Source: Anthoceros angustus (taxonomy: Eukaryota > Plantae > Anthocerotophyta). Taken from it: a stretch of 64,000 nt of DNA. Of the stretch, positions 1 to 12,600 are shown piece by piece. Location of the stretch: assembly GCA_010909165.1 (NCBI GenBank), contig MU008162.1, positions 62,001 to 126,000 on the forward strand, read 5' to 3'. Position 1 is the stretch's first letter. Every line of letters begins with the position of its first letter. The translations under genes and the position numbers were made by a program. The notes under the pieces are model-generated. The model was not told the origin of the DNA and ran no database searches. It was given only the letters and a program-made list of their open reading frames with translations.

Positions 1-870
1 CTCATGCCCTCTCATAATCGGGCATGCATGGGTGTAGCTTTGTAGAATCTTGCAGATTTGTGGCGCTTCCAACCGGATTACAACAATTTTGTTGGACATT
101 TGGCTGCAATTGCAGCATATTGTCGGGTGAAGAGGTGCCATGGGATCTTGTGGCGGTTGGTGAAAGATGCCACGACGGTGCCCTAATTGTTATTTTCTAA
201 GCGGCACCTATTCACAACCCTTGAGTTCTCCTTTCTTTAGAAACCCTAAAAATAACAATGAAACGTTATTAGTTAATGTGGAAGGATGTTAGTTAGTGCC
301 CTTCACATCACTATAGCTTTTGCAACTTCACCTCTAGGCACATGGGATCTTGTGGCGGTTGGTGAAAGATGCCACGACGGTGCCCTAATTGTTATTTTCT
401 AGCTGGCACCTATTCACAACCCTTGAGTTATCCTTTCTTCATAACACTAAAAATAACAATGAAACGTTATTAGTTAATGTGGAAGGATGTTAGTTAGTGC
501 CCCTTCACATCACTATAGCTTTTGCAACTTCACCTGTGGGCACATGGCTGTTTCTAGTTTGGTCACATGCATCGCTATTAGTGGCTTCAGTCTTCCAGTG
601 ATATAGATGGGGATGAGGATACGAAGGCAGAATTTCTAAAATCCCTCTCAACTAACTTTCCAGCCTACATTCCCCCAGTTCCCGTGGTTATTTCTAACAT
701 GACTACCCAAGCTGCCGGATCCTATGGTGGGGCCTTTACGGAAAAAGACATATTTGATGGCAAATCAGCGGTATGAGAGTTGGAGGGCTAGAATGAAGGG
801 TTTTCTAGATGCTACACATGTGGAATTTGTAGATGGTTCTATCCTCCACCGCCCAAGAGCTTTCTGGATG
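1..870. repeat. Direct-repeat copy of 1937-2786 (degenerate copia leader and gag start; contains an internal ~200-bp tandem repeat at ~137-540)
   Basis: 1-866 aligns by eye to 1937-2786 with scattered 1-3 nt indels. The motif 'tgtggaaggatgttagttagtgcccttcacatcactatagc' occurs twice in each copy. Confidence 0.85.
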
Positions 871-2611
871 GCCAAAGAGTTCAACGTCGTTTTTGTCCGA
901 TCCTTCATCACATTTATGGTTGTTTTGTTTGAAGCAAGTGCAAATGAAGTGGTTGTTTCACAAATCCAATGAGGAGTTTTATTTTAGTACTCCAAGTAGA
1001 GATGGTGTTGCAAGCATCTATGCCTTAGATGCACTCTCCTCAAAAACCATAGAGAAGCCGGTAGCAAATTGTGTGCTCACCATGAAATACAAAAGGAACA
1101 CCATCAATCAATTGCACTTATTTTGTGATATCTTTGTTAGAAGTAGGGAATTAGTTTAACCTACCAGTGATTACTTTTTAATATTTAGGTTAATCGTGAA
1201 CGGTCATTACAACTGCGTTACATGTATTTAAGATAATTTTGTCATCGATTTTAATTAATTTCATCTTGCTTTGTTGTGCAATTTTGCTTAGAGCTTCCGC
1301 TCATAAATTAATATGGTATGAGAGCACTAGGTGCTCAATGCATGGATGTTGTGGTAGCTTCATGATATTCTACTTGCATTTCAAACCTATAGCATCCTTG
1401 GACCACATGGCGCTAGGGCATTCCTCCGCTGATAATTCAAATGTGACTAGCTACCATTTCTGCGATGAGCGGAGGACGGTGCAGCGTTGATGTGAAATTT
1501 TGGTCCACCAGTGTTGTTGACCATCTTAGAACACAGTGAGCTTGATCAACTCCTACAAAGCGGATGTTCAAGCAACAACTTGAACTAAGGAGCCGTAGGA
1601 GATCGTACCAATGCAAATCACAATCCACGAATTGCTCTTGTTCTTCTCCCGTGAACGTCCTTGCAATCATGGTATAGCAGCCCATGATCGCAAGCTTGAG
1701 AATCAAAGATTGGAATCATCTAGCAATCTCGTCTTTGGACAAGCTGCTCAGCCAGTCGAGGATTTGATGATGAGGGTCTCCAATCGGTAGTAGAAAGAAT
1801 TACCTAGAGCGTCGTGGAAGACTCCAAGAAATTCAAGCTACGATTGATGAATTGACGATTTCCTTTGAGCACTTCACAAGCCTTGGACAACTTGCAGCAA
1901 AATCAGCAAGGGACCCAATCTCAACAATGTCTTGACCTCATGCCCTCTCATAATCAGGCATGCATGGGTGTAGCTTTGTAGAATCTTGATTTGTGGCGCT
2001 TCCAACCGGATTACAACAATTTTGTTGGACATTTGGCAATTGCAGCATATTCTTCTTGGTGTGAAGAGGTGCCATGGGATCTTGTGTTGGTGAAAGATGC
2101 CACAGTGCCCTAATTGTTATTTTCTAAGCGGCACCTATTCACAACCCTTGAGTTCTCCTTTCTTTAGAAACCCTAAAAATAACAATGAAACGTTATTAGT
2201 TAATGTGCAAGGATGTTAGTTAGTGCCCTTCACATCACTATAGCTTTTGCAACTTCACCTCTAGGCACATGGGATCTTGTGGCGGTTGGTGAAAAGATGC
2301 CACGACGGTGCCCTAATTGTTATTTTCTAGGCACCTATTCACAACCCTTGAGTTATCCTTTCTTCATAACACTAAAAATAACAATGAAACGTTATTAGTT
2401 AATGTGGAAGGATGTTAGTTAGTGCCCTTCACATCACTATAGCTTTTGCAACTTCACCTATGGGCACATGGCATTTCTAGTTTGGTCACATGCATCGCTA
2501 TTAGTGGCTTGATCTTCCGATGATATAGATGGGGATGAGGATACAGGCGAATTTCTAAAATCCTCTCAACTAACTTTCCAGCCTACATTCCCCGTTCAGT
2601 TATTTTCTAAC

Positions 2612-3451
2612 ATGACTACCCAAGCTGCCGGATCCTATGGTGGGGCTTTACGGAAAAAGACATATTTGATGGCAAATCAGCGGTATGAGAGTTGGAGGGC
2701 TAGAATGAAGGGTTTTCTAGATGCTACACATGTGCAGGAATTTGTAGATGGTTCTATCCTCCACCGCCCAAGAGCTTTCTGGATGACATCGCCAAGTTTT
2801 ACAAAGGCAATAAGATTGCATTTGCCATCCTACTCTTTGGTATGGATGAAGCCACGGTGGTGAGGTTGAGTTCCTTCATACAGACAAATGTGGACACGGT
2901 TGAAAGAAACTTATCAAGTTCATAACATCCTCACACTAGTTGCTCGAAAGCGAATACTAGGGGCTGAGAATGAAGGGAGGGACAACATTGCAGCTCACAT
3001 AAGCAAGTTTTGCTATCGAAGGCAAGGTTAGCCATGGTGGCAAGCAAGCTCGAAGACATTGATGTTGTTGCTTAGCTCCTCCGTAGTCTTCCACCTTTCT
3101 ATCGTGATTCGTTTCCAATTAGAACTCTTCCTTCAGCATCCTGTTCATTAAATCGAGAAAAACACCAACTCGACCCTTAATGAGCTCATTGGAACCCTAC
3201 TTCAAGAGGAGCATAGTACTCATTCTAGTGGCATCGGAAGGGTGTGCGAGAAGGTTCTCGTTGCATCAAAGGAAAAGCGTTTGGATAGGGAAGAGAAGGG
3301 AAGAAGAAGAAAAATCAAGAAGAAGAAGAAGAAGAAAAATCAAAAGCCACAAAAGAGTTATGAAGGGTGTTTGAAGCAAACTCGACCTTCCCAAGTCGAA
3401 ATAATGTGGAGTCACGCAAAGCAGCGGTCGACCGCAATTGTCAATGTCTAG
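2612..3451 (+). pseudogene. Degenerate Ty1/copia gag remnant
   Basis: Frameshifted peptides 'YESWRARMKGFL..QEFVDGS', 'AIRLHL', 'MWTRLKETYQ', 'LLRSLPP' resemble copia gag (UBN2-type), followed by a Lys/Glu-rich stretch. No pol follows. Confidence 0.6.
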
Positions 3452-3904
3452 CGAATGAAGCGCGTGATAGTCAAGCTTAATATTACCGTGACCATAAATT
3501 ATAGATAGAACAAAGGGTCTCGCGTTAGAACTCACAAGATAGGAAGGTACAAAAAGGGACCGTCACGCTTACGGCCAATCTTGTAAAAACCTTAAAGATC
3601 TCATATTATTTCATATATAAAACTACCAATTTATTTTACTATCCATTGATTTTATTTTTCCAAAATGAACCCACATGATCCAGATTTTTCCTTTTTAGTG
3701 AGACTTGGGTGACCATAAATATAGAGAATGCATACTATATATGTGTGTTGAGAATATAAATAAAGGACATACTATATATGTGTGCTATACTAGGCTATAT
3801 TTATGAATGCAAGTCGATATACATTGACGTTTTAAGCTTGCAAGCGCACAAGTTCCTTTTGATGTCTTAAGACCATGTGCCAAAGCCATAGCAGTTGTAT
3901 TAAG

Positions 3905-4795
3905 CAAACCTTGCATCACTCCACGCTTGTCCATTGGTGGCTTCTTCACGAGTTTCAGGCCATGGTTCTCCATGGGTAGCTTTTTCATTAGTTGCATCCC
4001 ATGGTTGTTCATCATTCCATGGTTGGTCATCCGTGGTTTCTTTATAAGTTGCACTCCATGGTTGTTCATCACTCCATGGTTGGTCATCCGTGGTTTCTTC
4101 ATAAGATGCACTCCATGGTTGTTCATATGTGGCTTCTTCATAAGTCTCACTCCACTCCGCTGCGTCGGATTGGTTATCAATTTCACTCACCAATACATCT
4201 TCCCTATGGTTGCCTTCCATCTTGAATCAAGGTAGACCGTAAACACTAAATAAGATTATGAAAAGAAGGTAAGCATGCGCAGCCTCCTCAAGGTGCTGCT
4301 CTTTGCTTCTCTTGGATACTACAAGAGAGGGAACTTGACGATCTATGCCTTTGTCGCGCCGTGTGCCTCTGAAGACAATGACGCATGGGAAGAAGCTTAT
4401 GTGCAAGGTGATGAAGACAACTTCGCACATGTAACTTATGAAGGTCGATGGCCATCGCATTCCACGTATACGTCTATGCAATCTTATTATGGAAATTTGC
4501 ATGATGCAAAGGTTGAGGCACTAAGGATGGACAAGTGGCTTCAATCTGACAAAGTGGAGTGGAGTGAGACTTATGAAGAAGCCACACACGAACAAGAGTG
4601 GGACACAACTTGTGAAGAAGCCACCCATGAACAACCATGGCGTGAGGCTTGTGAAGAAACCATGAATGAGCAACCATGGAGTGATGAACAACCATGGAGT
4701 GCAACTTATGAAGAAGCTACCCATGGAGAATCATGGCTTGAAACTCGTGAAGAAGCGACCAATGAACAACCGTGGAGTGACGCGCAAGCCTACGA
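3905..4795. repeat. Inverted repeat (arms ~3905-4175 and ~4545-4795), each arm a 39-bp minisatellite encoding EEAT(H/Y)EQPWSATY
   Basis: ORFs 3900..4220(-) and 4275..4844(+) encode nearly the same acidic Trp-containing repeat (EWSETYEEAT..EQPWSDEQPWSATY..ETREEATN..WSDA) in opposite orientations. Confidence 0.85.
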
Positions 4796-5398
4796 AGACA
4801 ACCATAAATATGATGAAGGATCGGACAACAAAAAATCACGTTGAACTCTTTGAAAATCCAAGCAAACGAAATGCAACTGGATAAGGTGTCTCTGTCGCAT
4901 TGTCTTCCTCCGGATGTCAGGAAGATGTTTACTTCAAACCAAGGATAACTAGAATTGTAGTGTAGGATAACTCCGGTTGTACTATCAAAGAGATTATCCA
5001 TCATGTTCGGTTGTCCGATACTTCAATCATATTTACAGTTGTTTTATTAGGAGCAAGTAGATGAGATTGAGGTTAGAGCAAATTCAATCATAGGTGTTTC
5101 AAGCAAAAATCTTTTGATCAAATGTTATTCGAAATGGCGCAAGGTGTATCGTATGTAAATGGTTCGAGAGGAAAATCTACGGTCACGGTGCGATGAAAAC
5201 GAAACGGCGGATTGTATCCAGCGTTTATGTACGACCATCCCAAGAAACTTTCGGTCGGAACCCGGCCGCGTTCAGTACCTCAAGTGTCTTATGCGATTGT
5301 TGGTCTGACGCTGTGAACTCGCGGGACAGGAGTGAACCATGGAAGGAATGATTCATTATGCCGCAACCTGATTGGCCCCACAGGATTACCGTCAGTGC

Positions 5399-5441
5399 AT
5401 GAACCTGGCCGCTGCGGGATTGTGGAAGGCAACGTATATAC
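5399..5441 (+). promoter_or_regulatory. Lhcb core promoter: EIN3/EIL3-type site ATGAACCT (5399-5406) and TATA-like TATATA (~5435-5440)
   Basis: Exact match to the AYGWAYCT consensus ~30 bp upstream of TATATA, which lies ~105 bp before the ATG at 5546. Function untested. Confidence 0.4.
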
Positions 5442-5545
5442 AGACGTCCAAGTGTGCCTTCCTGCAGCAGCTGACTTGTCTCTCCTTACTCACTCCAAGC
5501 TACAGCTCCACTCCAGCAGTGCAACCAGCAGCAGCGGCAGCAGCC

Positions 5546-6965
5546 ATGACGGCCGTTTCAGCCTCCATCAGCAGCTCCACCTTCGCGGGTCAGTCCGTGC
5601 TCAAGGGCGTCAGCGAGCTTTCCAGGAAGGTTAATGGCGGCAATACCGTGGAGTCAAGGATCACCATGAGGAGGACAGCCAGCTCCAAGCCTGACAGCAT
5701 CTGGTAGCCGTGCTTTCGTGCTCCTCTATTTGCTGCAGTTGTGCATTGCAGTGCAGTTATCCTCCTCATTTATTCTAAGAGCTCCTTGACTCCGCGCAAT
5801 GGATTCTCTACTTTGCTGACATTCGTTCTACATTTCTAAGTGCTTGTGTGCCTCCTTGCTATGGATTCCCTCTTTCCTTACACTCTTTCTTGCTAAATGC
5901 CTTTTGCCCGGATGCACTCTGCAATGAATTCTCCTTGTCTGTGTCCGAGACTTTATTCAAGTGCTCGTCTCCTCAATGCACGGCATTTCGTGCCTCTCAG
6001 CGGGAACCTTGGATAGAAGTTTTCTTGGATTCAAGCATCGAGTTATGTTTATTCTTGGATGCATTGATCTTGATTTTATAGCTAACTTGTTCCTGCATGC
6101 TCTCTGCAATGACCTCTTATCTTCTCTCCTTGTCTGCGTCAAACTCTATTCAAGACTAGTGCTCTTCTCCCCATTTGTGCATTTGTCATCCCTCTCATCT
6201 GGAACTTTGGATAGAAGTTTTCTTGGATGCTAGCGTCGAGCTTATGTTTGTTCTGAGATGCTTGGTTTGATGCAGTGTGATCTAAATCAAGAAACACGGA
6301 TTGTGCTGCGTAGGTACGGTCCAGACAGGCCCAAGTACCTGGGCCCGTTCTCCGGCGAGCCCCCGAGCTATCTGAAGGGAGAGTTCCCCGGCGACTACGG
6401 CTGGGACACCGCCGGTCTGTCGGCAGACCCCGAGACCTTCGCCAGGAACAGGGAGCTGGAGGTGATCCACTCCCGCTGGGCACTCTTGGGAACACTGGGA
6501 ATCGTGACTCCTGAGATTCTGGCACTCAACGGGGTGCCGATCCAGGAGCCAGTGTGGTTCAAGGCTGGCGCTGTCATCTTCTCCGAGGAGGGGCTAAACT
6601 ACCTGGGCAACCCGGCTTTGATTCACGCACAGAGCATTCTGGCGGTGCTGGCTGCCCAGGTGATCCTCATCGGCGCAGTGGAGGGTTACCGCATTGCAGG
6701 TGGTCCCTTGGGCGAGGTGACAGACCCTCTGTACCCCGGAGGTGCATTCGATCCTCTGGGCCTGGCCGACGACCCCGATGTCTTCGCCGATCTGAAGGTG
6801 AAGGAGATCAAGAACGGCAGGCTGGCGCAGTTTTCTGCTTTCGGATTCTTTGTCCAGGCCATTGTGACTGGCAAGGGCCCCATCGAGAACCTGCTCGACC
6901 ATCTTGCTGACCCCGCCAACAACAATGCCTGGGCCTACGCTACCAAGTTCGTGCCCGGGAACTAG
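5546..6965 (+). CDS. Lhcb: Major light-harvesting chlorophyll a/b-binding protein of PSII (Lhcb2/LhcbM-like); exons 5546-5703 and 6314-6965; 269 aa
   Basis: Transit peptide ending RITM|RRT; motifs [57 protein letters not shown]. The GT-AG intron splits the Trp codon of SIW-YG, as in Lhcb2. Confidence 0.97.
5915..6275. repeat. Imperfect ~190-bp tandem duplication inside the Lhcb intron
   Basis: 'ctctgcaatga...ggaacYttggatagaagttttcttggat...' occurs at ~5918-6070 and ~6100-6270. Confidence 0.75.
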
Positions 6966-9389
6966 ATAATTCCGTCCACATCCTGTAGGAAGGCTGCTGG
7001 AATGTGCTCAACTGGAAGCAAATCAAGCAGCTCGTGAACCAGGCCAGACAAGGCCTGAGCTTGTAACATGGACTGAGCTTGTAGTTTAACTCAGTCCCTT
7101 CTGTACAGTATGTCTCGACAGTTGAGTAATGTACACAGCCTGTTTGTGATTTGGATGATCAAGCTCACACTTCAAAAGTTGTGTTTTCCGTCGACACAAC
7201 TTTTGAAGCAATGGCTCTCTCATTTTGTCCATCTATTTCTCTGTCCTCAGCTTTGCGTTTCCGTATATACATGCCTCTGGGCGCTTGGAGCCAAGCACAC
7301 AAAGTCGATCTTCTCTTTCCGTGCTTTAATCGCTATGAGAGCATCAACAGCTACACGCCAGGCAAAATTTAGCTCTCTTCTCGACGTTTCCCCGCAAGCC
7401 TTTACCATTTCCCCCTTCTTTTTCTTTTCCCGCTGATGCACCACGAGATACAGAGCTGATGCTTCCCTCACAGAGCTGATGCTTCCCTCATGATTAGCTT
7501 TTTCTTCCTTGTTCTCTCGCCATAATGGGGACCCCATACAATTCCTGCAACAGACGTGACGCCGGACTTGTGACATGGTATGTGGACAGCTTGCAACTCA
7601 AAACTCTCTTACTCACATTCCTGTAATTCCTTGTGATGCTGCCATTCCTCAAGTGGACAGTACTTTTGACTAAGATCTTCATGCTCCGGATGTTTTGAAG
7701 TGGGAGGATCTACTTATGGAGTACTCTCAGAAGGCATTTGCTGTTCTCCACAAAACAGAATTAAGCATTGAGCAAAGAATCCAACAATTTGAAGAGCTCT
7801 ACGCATACCTGCAACGTTCGGAAGCCCTTGCAAGGAGATGAAAAGGAACAGGCCAATCGCAGAAGCAGCATACAAAAGTGTAACGACGGAGCTCTGGCGT
7901 GACGAATTCAAGAAATCAAACCTTCTAAACAATCCATTCCGTGTCTGACGAGGTCAAATATTTGCCCCACTGGAGACCGGGATATGTGCGGCATCTGACG
8001 CCTGCACCTTGATTCAGTCCCGGCATCCATGAAGTGCGGCCTTGTATCCGCACGCAAGTCCGCAGGCACTCCGTTAACGTAGTGTTGAAGGGAAAAATCC
8101 AGCAAGCATCAATCTCAAATGGCATGAACCGACATTGCAGCATAGCTGACTGCCAGGCCCACACATACGTTTAATCCACTCTTGTCTGCATCAACAGCTT
8201 TGTAGCTTAGATCGGCAAGCTTCAGAATTTTCTTCCAGTTGTCGTCGGATGCGTTCGTCGTGGTCTTTAGTCACTTCCAGACAAATAGATCTGTCTGCTA
8301 GCATCTTTGGTGGCAAGCCACTCATTGGATGCCATACCAAGAGTGCAACTGACAGCGACATCACTCGTCAGATATCGCAAGCGTTGCTGAACAGAAAACA
8401 AATGCATTGAGGACCTACTTCGGATTGAAGGCGGCTTTCAGAGCTATTTCGAAAGCTGAAATTCGAACTCCTCAGGATTATCAGGAGCCAGCTTCGGTTT
8501 CTCGTTTTCTGGAGTTGTGATAATTGGAACCTCCCAGGAATAGCTAGGCAAAAACGAATCCACAATCTGCGACAAACCGAATTTGTTGAAATTGAAGGCC
8601 AAGCGCCTTCGCTTTCTCCAGAGACTGAATCTGATGCTTCACTCACTCTCTCACTCAACACTCACCTCTGGATTTTGAATGACGAGGAAGTTGTCCCCGT
8701 CCATATCACCTCCTGCCATTTCATCCACAACAGAGCGTGGGCCCTTGGTTGAGAAGAAAATCCCATACCGACCTTTTCCGATGATGCCCAGCAAGCCTTC
8801 AGGATACACAGCTTGAAAGACATGTGGATCCCCGTTATGAAGGCCTGGGTACCTGTAGACTATCACCCTTTCCAAACAGATGGGGTTCTCCCTGTAGGAG
8901 CAGCGTCAGCATGTTCTAAGCTGAGTGCAATTAACAGAGATGACATGATAACTCACAGCACAATTGCCACTTGGTCTCGCTCAAGCAGTCCCGTGGGATC
9001 TGGGCATCCCTTCAGCATATAGCTGCCTGGAAGTGGGACTTTGCACTTGAGGTAGGACTTCAGCTGTCCTCTCACCAGTTCACGAAGTACTTTCTGTATG
9101 AACGGAGTTTTCACATCCATATCGCAAGATACCATCTTCCATGCATCCATCACATCGGGCCTGGTATCAAGGTTCTCCTGCAGGACTGCCAAGGAATTAC
9201 ACGAGGTCAGAATTCTTCAGGGTCTATGAAGAGTATTCTTTAAAGTAGTAGTCCTTACTCTGCCAAGCAGCCTGCCTAACCTGGGTACACGCAGTGGCTT
9301 TCTTCAACGCGTCTTTGGCCACACTTGTCATGGTCTCGGTGGGGACGCTCCCTTCAGAGAGCAGCAGTACAAGTGTCTGAGACGGCCTC

Positions 9390-9604
9390 TGTTGCGGTCA
9401 CATGGACCGGGCACAGGATGTGTGAGACATATTGGATTGATTAGCAATGAGGAGCAGTGTACATGATGTACGTTCGGGGCTGTGCCCAAACGCTGCCTTT
9501 TTTGTAACCGTTCGGTGATGCCTGTTCAGCTATAACGCTTGAGAATCTGAAAATCTGTTAAAGAACTGAAACGTGCCCTAAGGGCAGATGCTACTACTTT
9601 AACA
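9390..9604 (-). repeat. 3' LTR of copia element
   Basis: tgttgcggtcacatgg...ctactactttaaca, adjacent to the PPT. Confidence 0.92.
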
Positions 9605-9647
9605 CTCCCACTTAGCATCTAGTCCTTAGGCTATATATAAAACTATG

Positions 9648-12600
9648 CTAAGTACTATAGCTGATTTCTGAGACTTTTCTTAGTCCCATATTTCTCATGT
9701 GTTCTTGATGCTTGACGGAGCTGAGTGCCTTCGTAAGCACGTCGGCCGTCATTTGTTCTGTCGGGCAATAAAGAACTATAAACTTGCCTTCATCGACCAC
9801 TTGCCTTATAAAATGGAATTGTACCTCCACGTGCTTTGTTCGTGCATGGAACTTCGGGTTGTAGGTAAGGGCGATAGCACTTTGATTGTCGCAATAAAGT
9901 GGCTTAGGGATCCTTTGTGTTTCACCTAACTCTGAGAGTTGGAGGAGTTGCCAAAGTCCGTCCTTACATGCGTGAGTTAGTGAGCAATATTCAGCCTCTG
10001 TTGAGCTGAGTGCGACAACTTGCTGTCGCTTGCTACTCCAGCTTGTTGCCGTCCCTCCAAGTAAGTATACATAACTACTTGTACTCTTTCTATCATCAAT
10101 ATTGCCGGCCCAGTCGGCATCGCTAAAACCTTCTAGTTGTAGAGGCTCTTCTTGCTTGATATGTGATTGGTAAAGTAACCCTAAGTCCAAGGTTGCCCTT
10201 AGGTATCGAAATACCCTCTTGACTGCTTTCCAACGAGCTTGAGTAGGAGCTGATAAAAATTGAGATAAAGCTCCCACTGTATAGGAGAGATCTGGTCTAG
10301 TGCATACCATAAGATACATAAGACTACCTACGGCTGAAGAGTAAGGAGGAGGAGTAGTATCAGAGGTGTTATCCTGTTGGTCCGGTTCCTTGCTAAGTTT
10401 GAGGTTCATTTCCATAGGCGTAGAGATAGGTTTAGCATCTAACATGTTAAACTTGGTTAAGATCTCTTGAATGTATTTGGATTGATGAATAAGAATACTT
10501 CTAGCATTTCTATCCCTTAGAACCTGAATGCCTAAACAAAAGGAAAGTTCTCTACAAGTGGTCATAGAGAAACGCTTAGCTAGCATAGATCTGGTATTTT
10601 CTAATATTGCCTTAGTGTTAGACATAAGAACTATGTCGTCTACATATACTCCTAAAACAATGAATTCGGTACCTGATCTTTTGATATAGATGTTGCTATC
10701 TGAGTTTAGCCTAGTGAACCCTAGTTCCTTAAGGCTAACATCTAACTTATAATACCATTTCATGGCACTTTGCTTGAGTCCATATAAGGATTTGAGTAAT
10801 AAGCAGGCATTGTATTTTCTCCTATCCTGCACATGTATCCCTTCGGGGATGTCCGTATAAATAGTGTGGTCAAGGTCTCCATACAAGAAAGCCGTCTTGA
10901 TATCAAGTTGCATTAGCTCATAGTCATGGTGAGATGCTAAGGCTAAGAGGATCCTTAGTGAGGTTATTTTGAGTACGGGACTAAAGGTTTCGTCGTAGTC
11001 GAAACCATATTTTTGTGAATATCCCTTAGCTACAAGTCTCGCCTTATACCTTTCTATACTTCCGTCAGCATTTAATTTGATCTTAAATGTCCATTTAGAG
11101 CCTACTAGTTTTCTATCCTTAGGTAGGGAAGTTAAAGTCCAAGTCTTGTTAGCTTCTAGGGATTCTAGTTCTGACCTGATTGCTTGCTTCCAGTGTGCTT
11201 TTTGTGGGCAGGTGATGGCCTCCTGGTAGTTGGCAGGGACGAACTGATCTATAGCTGCATTAAGACAATATGCTATATTGCTCTTAGGATCCTGCCAGTT
11301 AGTAGGAGAGTATCTATTTATCTTACCTGCGTTAGAACGCTGAGAGTGCCTACGTCTAGGCTGGTTGGTGTCAGGTTGATGTTATGGGATGTTCTCATGT
11401 GTGCCCTCATGATACGGATCCGGAGTCTCGTTGACGCCTTGGGTGTTTATTGGTTGGATATCTGGATTATCATGATTAGGAAAATCAAAATATATATTTC
11501 TGCTTGCCTTTGGAGTGCCGGGATAAGGACCATAATTGTTGAGTCGATTATGTGGTCGAAAATCGGTGTTGCTCCCGATCCGGACGATCTGGTGTCGCGG
11601 CTGTGATCCGCGGGGCCACCCGCTGATCCTTGCCGGGATGATCCGGAGCCTCTTTGGGCGTCTGGGCGTGTAGCCGAGGCGGTCCGTGTTCACGCGCGCC
11701 GAATTGTGGGCCGCTCGTGCCACCGCCCGGATTCTGGCGCCGTTACGCGCGGTGAGCTCTCCCCATCTTTGGTGGCCGGGTGCGAACCTCCTTGGTGCGC
11801 TTTGTGGGGCGATGTGATGGAGGCCGCCGAGGGCGTCGTCCTCGTCGCTGACCATGCCGAACTCGCCTACCCCCCCCTTAGCTCAAGGCCCGGGGCCGCG
11901 GCGGAGGAGGTGAGGGGTGAGGTGGGTCGCATCATGAACATGATTGGTTGAGGTGTGTCCCAGTGAAATAGGGGCCGTGCGTGGGTGCGGTGTGGTGGAG
12001 GTGCGGGTTGGGGCTGAGGCGGGCTGGGTTGTGGTTGTGGTGGGATCCGGCCAGGGACGGAGAAATCCACGGAACCATCCTCGTCGTCGCTGTCTACAGG
12101 TTGTGAAGCTCCCAGGTCATGGTCGACATATCCTCAAGAAATGTGACATCGCGAGAATGAGTCACCTTGTGGGTTTGAGGGTGTATAATTTTGTAGCCTT
12201 TGATGCCGTCGGTGAAGCCGAGGAACAGGAACTTCTGGGCCTTATTGTCGAGTTTTGTCCTGAGAGCCTTGGGAATGTGGGCATACACAGGAGCTCCGAA
12301 TATCCGTAATGAGGATAAATCGCTTGTTACTGTCGGGCTTCGTATGGGGTGCCACGAGAGGGACAAGGTTAGTGTTCTCGTTGTCATGTAAACAGGTCGC
12401 ATTCGCCATGAGGATTTAGGTAATCGGGCGTGGATGAGCATGGCTAGTCCAGCTTTGTATAGTTCTGTTCATCCATTCTGCGACCCGTTACGAGAGGTGT
12501 GTGGGGTGGTAATCTGTCTGTTGATGCCGTGTTCCTTGCAGAAGTTGGAAAATTGAGTGGAGCCATATTCACCACCTCCATCGGATCTGAGGCAAAGTAA

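Noticed and set aside
1437-1940. Coding-like minus-strand segment
   Set aside because: Interrupted by stops with no recognisable family; probably TE debris.
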